Source: Pseudovirgaria hyperparasitica
Taxonomy: Eukaryota
Direction: 5' to 3' (one strand)
Length of the DNA: 64,000 bases
NCBI GenBank assembly: GCA_010093815.1
Contig: ML996573.1
In this document: piece by piece, positions 37,102 to 47,669 of the stretch
Layout of the letters: every line of letters starts with the position of its first letter
Position numbering within the stretch: the first letter of the stretch is position 1
The notes under the pieces: generated by a model
The model's database searches: none
What the model was told of the DNA's origin: nothing
The model's input: the letters and a program-made list of their open reading frames with translations, nothing else
Position numbers and translations under genes: made by a program

Positions 37102-37311
37102 ATGGCAATCGGCCCTTGGGGAGCAATGGCAATTGCCCTCGCTGGCTCTGCTCTGCTCTCCGCCGTCGGCTATGGCATCTGGAGAACGATGCACCGAGGA
37201 GAAGAGGATCAGGCGAACTGGTGGCAACGCTTCAGCACTGAGCAAGACAACTACATGCGGCAAGTCAGAGAACGGAATCTGGTGGAGATGGACTATCGCG
37301 TGAGGTATTGA
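37102..37311 (+). CDS. 69-aa single-TM microprotein
   Basis: Hydrophobic N-terminal helix (AMAIALAGSALLSAVGYGIW) then acidic/amphipathic EQDNYMRQVRERN; preceded by a C/A-rich 5'UTR-like leader. Confidence 0.6.
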   Translation: MAIGPWGAMAIALAGSALLSAVGYGIWRTMHRGEEDQANWWQRFSTEQDNYMRQVRERNLVEMDYRVRY

Positions 37312-37757
37312 GATGCGCTCCCCACTCACCAACGAAACCAATCTGTTGCAGCATGCAACCAAGACAGATGTGATGTCTTAACAACCTTTTATCGCAAGTG
37401 AAGATACCTGCGCAAGGGTGACTGTTGTTGATATGCAGGAACAGGGCGTGACAGGCAGACCGTCGAGTTCCTACAGGTGACGCGGTGCTTAGCCAGGTTC
37501 CTGCTGAGACGCTGATTTGCGGGCAGTTTGTCCTGTTGGTGGAAGGTTGGGAACAGTCGACAACAGAATCGCTCCTTCTCCGAATACTGACCGGCAATCT
37601 GAAACAGACCTCTATGCCAGATTTGTCTGACGGGCCGTCTCTTTCTCTCGCATCATCTTTCTTCCGAATCAATCATTATCTCGTCCTTGAAGGCACCTAT
37701 TGCGCAGCAGATTGTGCCATACATTCGTTACTTGTATCCGTACTCAAGTCTGCAATA

Positions 37758-39464
37758 ATGGGCCCCCGTAAACCAGCCTCTCCTTTGAGAATCATGGAAT
37801 GTGCAGAACCGGATTCGACAGACCCAACGAACATCGCCACCACCGCAAGCGCCGACATGGTCCCTCCACCACCACCATTACCGTCCAAAGCGACTCTTCC
37901 ACTGCCAGTGGCTGGCACCTCCAACCCGCCATCGCGTCAGAGCATGAGTAGAACACGGTCATACGGGAGGATATCAGCAGCCTCCATGGATGCCCCGAGT
38001 TCAAGTTCAGCAGAGGAGATACCATCAGACATGCCAGAATTAGAACGCTGTCCGAACACGTCTGGCGAATTCTCGGTTGACTGGGGCAGGCTACTTGGCA
38101 GCGACTCTCCGCCTCCAATAAATAACTCTTATCTGGAACCGATGTTCTGCTATAAAATCAACAGACCTCCACATCTGGGAATGTTCACTCGCGACATCGA
38201 TGAGGACAGACATCTCTCCAATTTGTTCCACCCGAGAAGTCTGACTGATGGAAAGGTGCACCAACATATGCAGTCTTCCAACGACTACTTCGCAACTGAT
38301 TGGTGGCAAGGAAGATGTTTGCGCTGTGCTAGAAAGCTTTGTACACCGCAGCATCATTGGACCAATTGTCCCTTTACGTGTATCTGGTGTGAAGATAAAC
38401 ATGGGATTCTACGTTGCGACTCTGAGCCCACAGTCAAAGAAATTTATAATCATTTCGATGGCCCGGAAGAGGTGGCATCACCACCAAAACCTCCCTCGAT
38501 ACCGATAAGTCCGAGAGTCGCTGAGTTGAGTGGAAGAGATCCTAAGGTACCACTGCCGCCGCGAGAAGATCCAAGAACTCCAACTCGCCAGCGAGAGCTT
38601 ATCAGAAGCAATTCCATGTCCCCGGTTCATCTAGAGAATATTGAACAAACACGTCGACATCATCCAGTCTCCCTGGAATCTAATAACAACTGGTCGGCTA
38701 GCGTGTCTTCGGAGCTAAGGACAATCAAATCATGCACCCGCGCGACCACCGAGAAAGTCTGTTCCTTGGCAAGACGTGTTGAGAACATCGAAAGAATGGT
38801 CCATGATATTCACGCCGGCGTCCAAGACCATCGCGTGCAGAACTTGGCTGATCACAATCGTGCAGTAAGTGACGTCACTTCAGGCACGGAAGAATCTAGT
38901 CAAGCATCTGGTGAAGGTTCGAGCGGAGTCTCTCATCGCTCTGAACATAACAACAGCGTCAAAGCAAAGTTCCTGAGGCAGCAAGAATGTAGAGAAATTA
39001 TGCGAGCGCTCACAGCACTCGATGACGCGCAGTCATCATTTCGTCATATTTTCAGGGGTCGACTTGAAAATGCCGAAGAGGAGGGAGCACCTATGTCTTG
39101 CAGTCAAGCTCAAAGCGCTGTTGAAACAAGCACTACAGTCTACAGCTCGCGCAGTGGGTACCAGGATGTATCTGGATCTTTTCTCTCCACTAGCGCAATG
39201 TCGGACAGTACCATTTCGCCGTCAGATCACCAGAATATGCCCGAAATTCACGGCCCGGTGTCTCCTGATAGCACAGTCTCGGGTAGCGAGGACGAGTGCA
39301 ATTCGTCGCCCGATCTACCTAGTCGACGTCGAGTTGTCATAGATACCGTAGCTCTAGATCATGTTCTGATTGGTCGCGAGTTGCATTACTATAACGTGTC
39401 GCCGCCAGTTTCATCAGATCGCCTTCAGGACTTCCCTTTTGGTGACGGTGCATATTTGGTTTGA
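37758..39464 (+). CDS. Hypothetical, largely disordered Ser/Pro-rich protein with tandem CCHC zinc-knuckle-like motif and coiled coil (a possible 3' exon may extend it to about 39705)
   Basis: About 570-codon open frame from ATG 37758; motif CLRC-x8-H-x4-C-x3-CIWC-x3-H-x4-C; possible intron GTTTGA..CTGAC..TTCAG near 39459-39507. Confidence 0.65.
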   Translation: MGPRKPASPLRIMECAEPDSTDPTNIATTASADMVPPPPPLPSKATLPLPVAGTSNPPSRQSMSRTRSYGRISAASMDAPSSSSAEEIPSDMPELERCPNTSGEFSVDWGRLLGSDSPPPINNSYLEPMFCYKINRPPHLGMFTRDIDEDRHLSNLFHPRSLTDGKVHQHMQSSNDYFATDWWQGRCLRCARKLCTPQHHWTNCPFTCIWCEDKHGILRCDSEPTVKEIYNHFDGPEEVASPPKPPSIPISPRVAELSGRDPKVPLPPREDPRTPTRQRELIRSNSMSPVHLENIEQTRRHHPVSLESNNNWSASVSSELRTIKSCTRATTEKVCSLARRVENIERMVHDIHAGVQDHRVQNLADHNRAVSDVTSGTEESSQASGEGSSGVSHRSEHNNSVKAKFLRQQECREIMRALTALDDAQSSFRHIFRGRLENAEEEGAPMSCSQAQSAVETSTTVYSSRSGYQDVSGSFLSTSAMSDSTISPSDHQNMPEIHGPVSPDSTVSGSEDECNSSPDLPSRRRVVIDTVALDHVLIGRELHYYNVSPPVSSDRLQDFPFGDGAYLV

Positions 39465-40057
39465 CCTTTCTGCGTCAGCTTCACAGCATAGCTCTGACTA
39501 AGTTCAGGTTCCTGAACCCCTGACTGAGCCTGTCGAAGACTGTTTCATACCTTCTAGCCCAGGCCATGAGGTGGGGGTCTTCAATCACGGGATGTTCTTG
39601 GTGTGTAACTTCATGATGCTTCGTCATGTCATAGCTGACTCGCCAAAGTGCAGTGACCAGTATTCCAACGATCTGCTATACACGGACGGGTGGGAGGTGG
39701 ATTGATACGTGGCTGCACTTATTCTGTTCGGTATATACCCCGTACGGCTCTTGCGGTTGTCGCTTTCCGATGCATGTAAGCCTGTTCATTTCAAGCATTC
39801 GTTAGTAGACAATCTTGATGATAACATCGCATATCTACTCAGATCTTGTGCACGCATCAAATTCGTCACTCGTCTTCCATGCCCGAAATCCCATTCCTCA
39901 TGCATTATACTTTGCGTTCGCCTCTAACGTTACGCTGCATGCTTATGGACCGCCTATAGACCCATGTCCTGATTGAGCTCGAGATCGACTCTCGCGCACA
40001 AGAGAGCACATCCAAGCAGTTCTATACCATCGACGTCTAGAGACTTCTAGCGTATAG

Positions 40058-40091
40058 AATATGTATGTATATGTACGTATATATGTATATG
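40058..40091. repeat. Low-complexity (TA/TG) microsatellite-like tract
   Basis: tatgtatgtatatgtacgtatatatgtatatg. Confidence 0.6.
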
Positions 40092-40298
40092 TTTGTGTTT
40101 AGTACAGAATCAAGTAAAAATAATGAAGACAGTGAAACCCAGCTCAACTTCCACAATTTCTCCTTGTGAATCTTACAATCCGAAAATCCCAGAATCTTTG
40201 CATTCAGCGCAGCATGCTTCGTTCTGCTCCATACATGTGTGCGCCCTCCACACATCTATCTCCTCTCCGAGTTGACCGTTGCCCACAGCATGGACAAC

Positions 40299-40805
40299 CT
40301 ACACCCTTGACGTCGGCGTCGGCAGAGAAGCCCAGCTCCAAGTCAGTCCCGTGTGGCCCCCAAGAGAATGAACACCGCTGTGACCGCCCGACGGCGCAGC
40401 GACGCCGAGGACATGCTCGCCACTTGGTGCTGGGACTAATGTCGGCACCGCACCCGGAAAGCTGGTGATGGTGGGGAAAGGCGGCGTGGGCAGAACTGAT
40501 GAGATACCTGGATGACCACCGTGGATACCAGAGATGTCGAAATGGCGATTGTTGAGGACCTTGGTGGGGACGGAGGGGAGGAATGTGTTACTGGGGAAGC
40601 CAGGGATGGCGGTGGGAACGGTGCTGGGTATTGGGATTGGAAGGCTGGTCGGGATTGGGGTTGGGAGACCGCTGGGGGTACCAGGGAGGCCAGGGATATC
40701 GAAATGGTGGTTGTCGAGGGCCTTGACGGGCGCGGCGGAGACAAATGTGCTGCTGAGGAGAGCGAGAGCCGCGAGGATGGCGAAGTTGGGTGTGGTGTAG
40801 AGCAT
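40299..40805 (-). CDS. Small secreted Pro/Thr/Ser/Gly-rich protein with an internal 54-aa duplication
   Basis: Signal peptide MLYTTPNFAILAALALLSSTFVSA-AP; repeats KALDNHHFDIPG and KVLNNRHFDISG 162 nt apart; C-rich codon usage; TATAAA on the minus strand near 40971-40976. Confidence 0.78.
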   Translation of the reverse strand: MLYTTPNFAILAALALLSSTFVSAAPVKALDNHHFDIPGLPGTPSGLPTPIPTSLPIPIPSTVPTAIPGFPSNTFLPSVPTKVLNNRHFDISGIHGGHPGISSVLPTPPFPTITSFPGAVPTLVPAPSGEHVLGVAAPSGGHSGVHSLGGHTGLTWSWASLPTPTSRV

Positions 40806-43800
40806 GTTGACTCGTGTGTGAAAGTTGAGTGGAAATTTGTTGGTGTTGAATAAGGAGTGTGTGAGATGTAGAGGTTGATTTGTTAGGTAAAGAACGTGTT
40901 GACCTAGGAAAGCGATGTAGGAACTAAAGAGAGTAGTGTTTGCATTCTTCAACCTGCGATAGACAAGACCTTTATACTGGTCTGGGTGTGTCCACGTTCC
41001 TTTTCATTCGCAAATACCATTTTCTATAGTGCTCTCGCAGGGATCATACAAACACCGCAGATGATATCCCAAACAATGTGTTCAGATTGACGGCCCGGCA
41101 TGTTGGACATTGCGATGTTCCTCAATGATGTAAAAACAAAAACAGAAAAAAGCATGATGGCGCGCGGCGAGCCCGAACGACTATCACAGAGAATAGGGCA
41201 CTAAAGATGCGCGTTTCATTGTATCTGGTACATTCTCGAAGTTGAAGCTGCGTGAGCAGTCCACCTGAAAGATTCGACAGAGCGCGCTTAGAATAACGAG
41301 TGCCTAGGAAGCTTTTTGTTGTACCATGCTTGTCCTCTGTGGCGCATGTGTATCCGTTTCAACCCATGTGTCAAATCTGTCCTAGTGTATATCCTATTCA
41401 CTTAACTGCGCAGGCTGTACTGAGATACCCACCACTCTCCAGGTTCTGCCTTCGATGTAAGGTATCATGTCCTAGTGACTTGTAGAACTAACCGGTGGGT
41501 GGGTAGACGCTCTCACTAGACACTTTTGTAGTACTATGCTCACTTACTCGAGTGAGTAGTACGCAGTAGACTGTCGTATTCGCTAAGCCAAAAGTGTAGA
41601 CCTAGACACTTTAACTGGCCGCTGCGGTACGGATCGGTGTGTAACAGGGAAACGGCGAGGCGCATGGGGGTGGAATCCGGACATTGGTGCTCCACATTGT
41701 GGGGTAGGCTAATTCATTCGATATCCGGAGCCCTAAGTTGATGAGAGATCGTCAAGTCAACTTGAGGAAGTCTACACTATTCGAATTGAATGCTATTCAC
41801 CGTGACGTGACTGACACTGACTTGAGACTGTATCAGTGAAGAAGGCTCGATTTGTGCCTGAATATTCTCCAGTACTGGCTTACCAACTATTGCCAGCGCA
41901 GCAAGAATACTGCCAGAGCAGGGAGAACCGAGAACACAGCCACTGTGATCTTCTTCAGGTAAGGGAGCATATAAATTCCTCAGCTTGCTCTACATATTTG
42001 TCTCTTTAGTGTTGAGAAGCCATACAGAAGCCTCCTCGTACTTGGAAAGGACACGTCAGATTTGCCCTGGAGACTGCTCGTCTGAACCCTCATGTAAAAA
42101 GTGTGGAGCACCTTGTCGACATCCTTGGCTAGACTGGTACTCTCGTCGTTCTTCATAAGAACCTTACGTCTGTCGATCTCACAAACATCCCTGCATGATG
42201 CAGTCCCACTATACCAAACGCATTGACAAATGTAGGACTCAATGATAGATCATAACGCAAGGTAACTAAGCTCGAGAATTCACGCTCCTTGCAGAGCCTT
42301 CGAGATATCGCGCAATAAGTATCTCACCCGAAAGTGAGACAGGGTCGATGTTGAACACCGCAGTGAGTCCAGTATACCGCAGCGAAATGTTTCGATGCAC
42401 CAATGCAGTTTTCCTCCTTGCATTTGATTATCGGCGGGAGATATGGTATTTTGCATTTTGCTGTGTCTGTCTAGTGAGAACCTTGCAGCTTGCAGGGTAT
42501 GGTAGTTAGTGTCAAATTAGTATGTTGCGATGTCAATCTCGATTTGGCCTTTCTTTCGGACTTATGCTTACATTGCATATCTGCAAGGATAGACGTGTCG
42601 CACCTTATCGCGTCTCATTGGATTCCGAGGTGCTACGAACAGTATGGGGTACTTCTCACATTGAGGCGACTTTTCCGTTTGTGCCTCTCGAGACTTCATA
42701 TACCTAGGCATAAACAGGTCTGACACTCGTAACGACCATGAGCACCTTGCAGATGTCTAAATGGGAAATACACAGTCATCAGGGCAGCTCCTATGACAGA
42801 TTAGCCGGAGTAGAGACTTCACCAAGCTCTAGCACAGCTCGAATTGAGCGGTGTCATATCTGTGCGTACGTGAACATTGATGCCAAGTCGCAAACTTTTT
42901 GCAAGGATGAATGTTTCGCCAGTAGTCTCTTACAGACTGTAATGCTAATGTCAAGGACCCTGCTCAGCAATTATGAGGTCGCGGGTATGTCTGTATCAAA
43001 GGAATGTGTCGACTATGATCCAGGTTTGAAGATGACAGATCGACTCAGGCCGAGCTCACAAGATACTAACGTCGAGGTGACGCATCAAGGCCTCGCCGTG
43101 CGCATCGTGGTATCAAGAGCTCATGAAACACGTGTATATCGATGTTTTCTTGTTCTTGATCAGTGTGGTTTGTGTTGATGTTGGTGTTGGTGTAGGATAC
43201 TAAAGTGAGGACATAGGTGTTGATAGGAAGTGGCACTGCGTGGCTTACGTAATTGAACAAAGACAAAGTCAACGTCCGTTGCCTAAGCCTTCCCTCCTTT
43301 CTTTCATTCCTACAGGTGGAAGTCATTTTCTGTCCTGCGTTTTGGCCTCGTACCTTGTTGCTACGTCACCGCATGCGAGATGCGGAATATGCCGCATGCC
43401 ATAAAAGTCTGACTGCTACGACGTGCAGCAGCTTATGTGCCTCTGCCGGCCGAGAAGAGTCTGATGTCCACAACAGTACAAAATATCACGCGTTCACCTA
43501 CAACCAAGAGTTTTGGCAAGTTCCGCTCCAAAAGGGGAAGAGGCTTATGCTATAGCCTATAGCTACACGCATGAAAGAGGGAATTGCGCCGGTCGCAGGA
43601 TTACCGATTTAGGGATATGCTACCGGACACCTCAAGCTACAGTAACGTACTCGCACCAATGCGGCGGAACAGATTGTTCGCACAGGCGCACCGAACTATG
43701 GTTCGGCATCACTGCGTCGCGCTCGCGAGTATCACATGTATAGAGGGCACATGCGCCTGCGCTTAATATACTTCCACCACCTTGATTCCGTCACATCGGC

Positions 43801-46630
43801 GACTTTTTAAGCCTTTGTTTGGAGCCGAAAGTTTGGCCGTGGACAAACGCAGATCGTCAGGGGGCGATCCCAGCATGAGTCTATAAGAATATCTATACTG
43901 ACTAGATAGGGCTGTTTATACGTCTATTGCATTGCATGGTGGCTCACTCTTTAGGTGCTGTATGTTTGATGGTCAGATGCTCAATTATAAGAAAGCACTC
44001 AGTCTCATCGCTCTCTAGTGTACTACCTCATATCAGTGCGACATGTCATGGGAATGAGACGTAGGGAGCCGGAACCGGCTTAAGCATTTGAATGATATCG
44101 ATAGTGGAGTCTGGACGAACTTGGGGAATAGCGTACGCAATGTGCGATATACTGTATAGCCAGTTGGTGGACTCCACTATTTTTCCATCGGAACCAGGTA
44201 GGGCTATTCGAAGTGTTGGGTCTACAGGCCCGTGTGTCCTAGCATCGACCTTTGACGTGGGCGAAGTGGATAGGGTGCGCCCTTCAAACAGACAAGCTCA
44301 GAGAGAAATGCTTGGCATTGCTTGTCTACTGCAATCCTGTCCACGGACATCACCCGGTGCTCTAGTCAGATGCATCTATAGACGCGTGTACATACTTGTT
44401 TACAGATATTGACGACGTCATTCGATAAGTAGTATCTAGAGATGCGGTGAGAGGGAAGCATTCTCCATGCTTCGCTGGGCTGGGGGTACCTAGCCTTCTA
44501 GGTGTGCCAGGGCTGGCTGCCTTACGATGGAACCTTGCGATTCGTCTACCATGTGCCGTCAGATTCACATGCACTCCCCAACGTGGCTGCTTCCAACGTT
44601 GTGCAATCAGTGTGAGTGCAAACATTCAGCCTCGATTGCTGCAGAGTCTCTGACCAATCGCTGCCTTAGATAATTGCTCACGAGCATTAGTGTGGTCTGC
44701 ACTCGAGACATAATTACAGTATCTTCAAGATGTCCCAAATGGTACGTTCTAAGATAACTGAAAAGGGGGCTCATCGATGCCGGAGTCACGGCGGGTACGC
44801 CCGATTGGTTGGTCCTTCCACCGCACCGGTATTATCGGAAGGAAGCTTGATCACTACCTGGATCGCGAAGTATTCCAAGAAGTACGATCAGTGAGATTGA
44901 ATGGAGCGGCACGTTTTTTTCCAATTCCCCTTTCGTGGGGAAGGGGTTCACAACAGACAGGATATTTCATCTGGACTAGCGCTTATGGAACTGGAGCAGA
45001 AGAGTGGAGACAGAAGACCTATGCCCCAGAATACACCCGGTGAGGCTGAAAGTCGGATTCGGCGTCTTGGTGGATACGCGCGTTCTCGAGACCGTTGAAG
45101 CCTTCTTCCATCGCTACGGGCCTACGACAGGTGTCGATCCAGCGTTCGTTTGGTCCGATGATAGACTGATGGCATCGCACAGCCGACCCGCAGGCTGAGT
45201 CTCTGGTGTGGCAGATCCGTCCTGGGATCCTAGCATACGTTCAATCGTGTGCGCTAACGGCAGCAAAAGCCGACTGGTAGGGCTGGCGAGCCTAGTGATT
45301 AGGGCCTTTCAACCGGAGGAACGGCGGAAACTTTAATTGGCCCCCCAGCCGGGAGATCTGATTTATGCCACGGCTTCATGCCGAGACTTCAAATGCTCTT
45401 ATACTGCACTGTATCAGAAGGTGGCTTCCATTGCTCTTACAATCAAATCATCTCACTACAGACTGCAAGGTCTCGGCTGACTTGATCCTGGTCACTTATG
45501 GCCAGGCGATTCGCGCAGTTTCGGGTCAACATACCGAAATGGAGGATTCGACTATCTCTCCCTCTAGAGTTTAGTGCGGGCGCCCAAGAGTTTTGATACC
45601 AAGCCTACTCGACTACTGTTGTCGCATTCGGGGCCGACTTTTAAGTCCGAGGACTCCGAACGACCGTGAATGGTACGGTACGGCACCTTTTGACGGAGGG
45701 CCTAGTTTGCTCTAAAGAACGTTTGGACACGGTGGGTGAGATGACTGGAGGGCTGACACTATCGGCCGAGCTGAAGCCAAAGTGACCAACCAATCTTCGG
45801 TCCACGTCCACGGAGTCCACTGAACGTTGCAGACTATCTACGGCCAAGCATGATGAGCTATGATTCTAACGTTGTACTGCGGGTGGAGACCGCGAGGCTT
45901 TCCCGAAAGGACCACCACTGTCCTGCAACATGCTGTCCATCGTTCTGACGTCTGTGTATCGAAGTCGTACACAGAAAGATGTATGATCCATGGCGTGCAG
46001 GCGCATCAGCAAACGCCAAAAGGAGACTTCCGTACTGTTTTGTTCCTTCGCGTAGCTTTTGGTGCATGTCAACGTATGCTCATCAATCCTACATATATTG
46101 CCATGAAACAACGGCATCTGGTCCGTCACGCTTGCCTATCGTACATGAAGATATTGAATTCTTCATTTAATGCACTAGATGCAAAGACTAGAATCATGTT
46201 TCTGTCTACCTAGTACTCCATGAACGGAGTTCCGATGGCCGAACTATGTGGAGTTCTTTGCGACCCTATGATCCTCCCGGCCCAAGCGCAGGGGTGGCCA
46301 GCCTGTTAAACACGCTTTCCAGGTGACCCACTCCCCATGGACAACGGCCCCCTCCCCCAACATCTGGTCTGACTCCCGCGAACTTCGAGGCACTAAGCAC
46401 CCAGCGTGGGATATAAGCATTCTGAGGCCCAGATCAGATATGCGTCTACATCACTCCGCCTCATCTTGCTGCCCGCCTGGCCTGAAGGAATCTTGTCTGA
46501 AGTGAACTTCCGCAACTTACGTTCCTCTTCCAGCTTATCTCCCTATGCTATAGTGCTTTTCACTACGGAAAATAAAACATCTTTGTTGTGTCGGAGCATC
46601 CCACTCAGTACCTCCACACTGATCATCCAT

Positions 46631-47669
46631 ATGGACTTCACCACATACTTTACGCCGCCGCAGGCTCATTCATACCCTCCTTATATGAGCGGTATCCCAT
46701 TCTCACAACCCGACAATGACACCTCCAAGCTCACAGTAAGTCAAGTCTCAAACGCCCTTGTCTCATCACCATAAAAAGCTTGGTCTCTGGAGAAAGCTTG
46801 GGTTGCCGTGCCACATAGGCCCATGGATGAAACATACACGAGAGAATCACAGGAGCACAGCTTTGATACTGGAAAACACTATGCTAAGTCTTGCAGGACC
46901 CTATTGACCCGTCATTCTTATCACAAGGCTATGATGCCTACCGTTATGCCCCTTTCCACAACACATCACCCAGCAGTCCTCAAGGCCCTACCGGCCAAGC
47001 ACATATCCCGAGCGTCGACAGCATCGACAGCGGCATCGACATCATGGACGAAGCGCGGCGAGCAAGCCTGACGCGAGCCAGCAGCGAGGAGAAGGAGATT
47101 CTCACCCCCGCGCAATCGCGGCGGAAAGCACAGAACAGGGCAGCGTAAGCTCGTTGTCAGAACTACTACCCCAGCATCCAACTGACAGCGTTTCCAGCCA
47201 ACGAGCATTCCGCGAGCGCAAAGAACGTCACGTGCGTGATCTAGAAGCAAAGTTGTCCGCCCTCGAATCGTCACAGCAGAGCCTGCAATCCGATAACGAA
47301 CGCCTGAAGCTGGCTCTTCAGCGCGTGACCACCGAGAACGAGATGCTGCGCGGCGTTACACCGAGCTCGACGCCATCCTCGCTACGACTATCGGCGGCGT
47401 CGCGCAAGTCTACGGGTGCGGCGGGCATATCGGGCGATCTTGCCACGTTAGGTGTTGGGGACCGTGGGGAGTTGCTCGGTGCAGGCGCCGCGTGGGATCT
47501 TATACAAAGCCATCCTCTGGTCGAGAAAGGTCTGGTCGACATTGCGGATGTCTGTGAGCGGCTCAAGGGAGTGGTCAAGTGCGAGGGGCAGGGGCCGGTA
47601 TACGAGGAGAGCCTTGTTTGGAGAGCTGTGGAAGAGAGCAATAGGGGTGGTGGTGATGAATTGATCTGA
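46631..47669 (+). CDS. fcr3: Yap-family bZIP transcription factor (Fcr3/RsmA-like); 3 exons (introns 46736-46896, 47145-47197)
   Basis: SSEEKEILTPAQSRRKAQNRAA|QRAFRERKERHVRDLEAKL leucine zipper; C-terminal GAAWDLIQSHPL...VDIADVCERLK...CEGQGP. Confidence 0.9.

Noticed and set aside
42738..43178. 146-aa ORF in the long intergenic region
   Set aside because: No motifs, coding bias or supporting splice structure; length compatible with chance.
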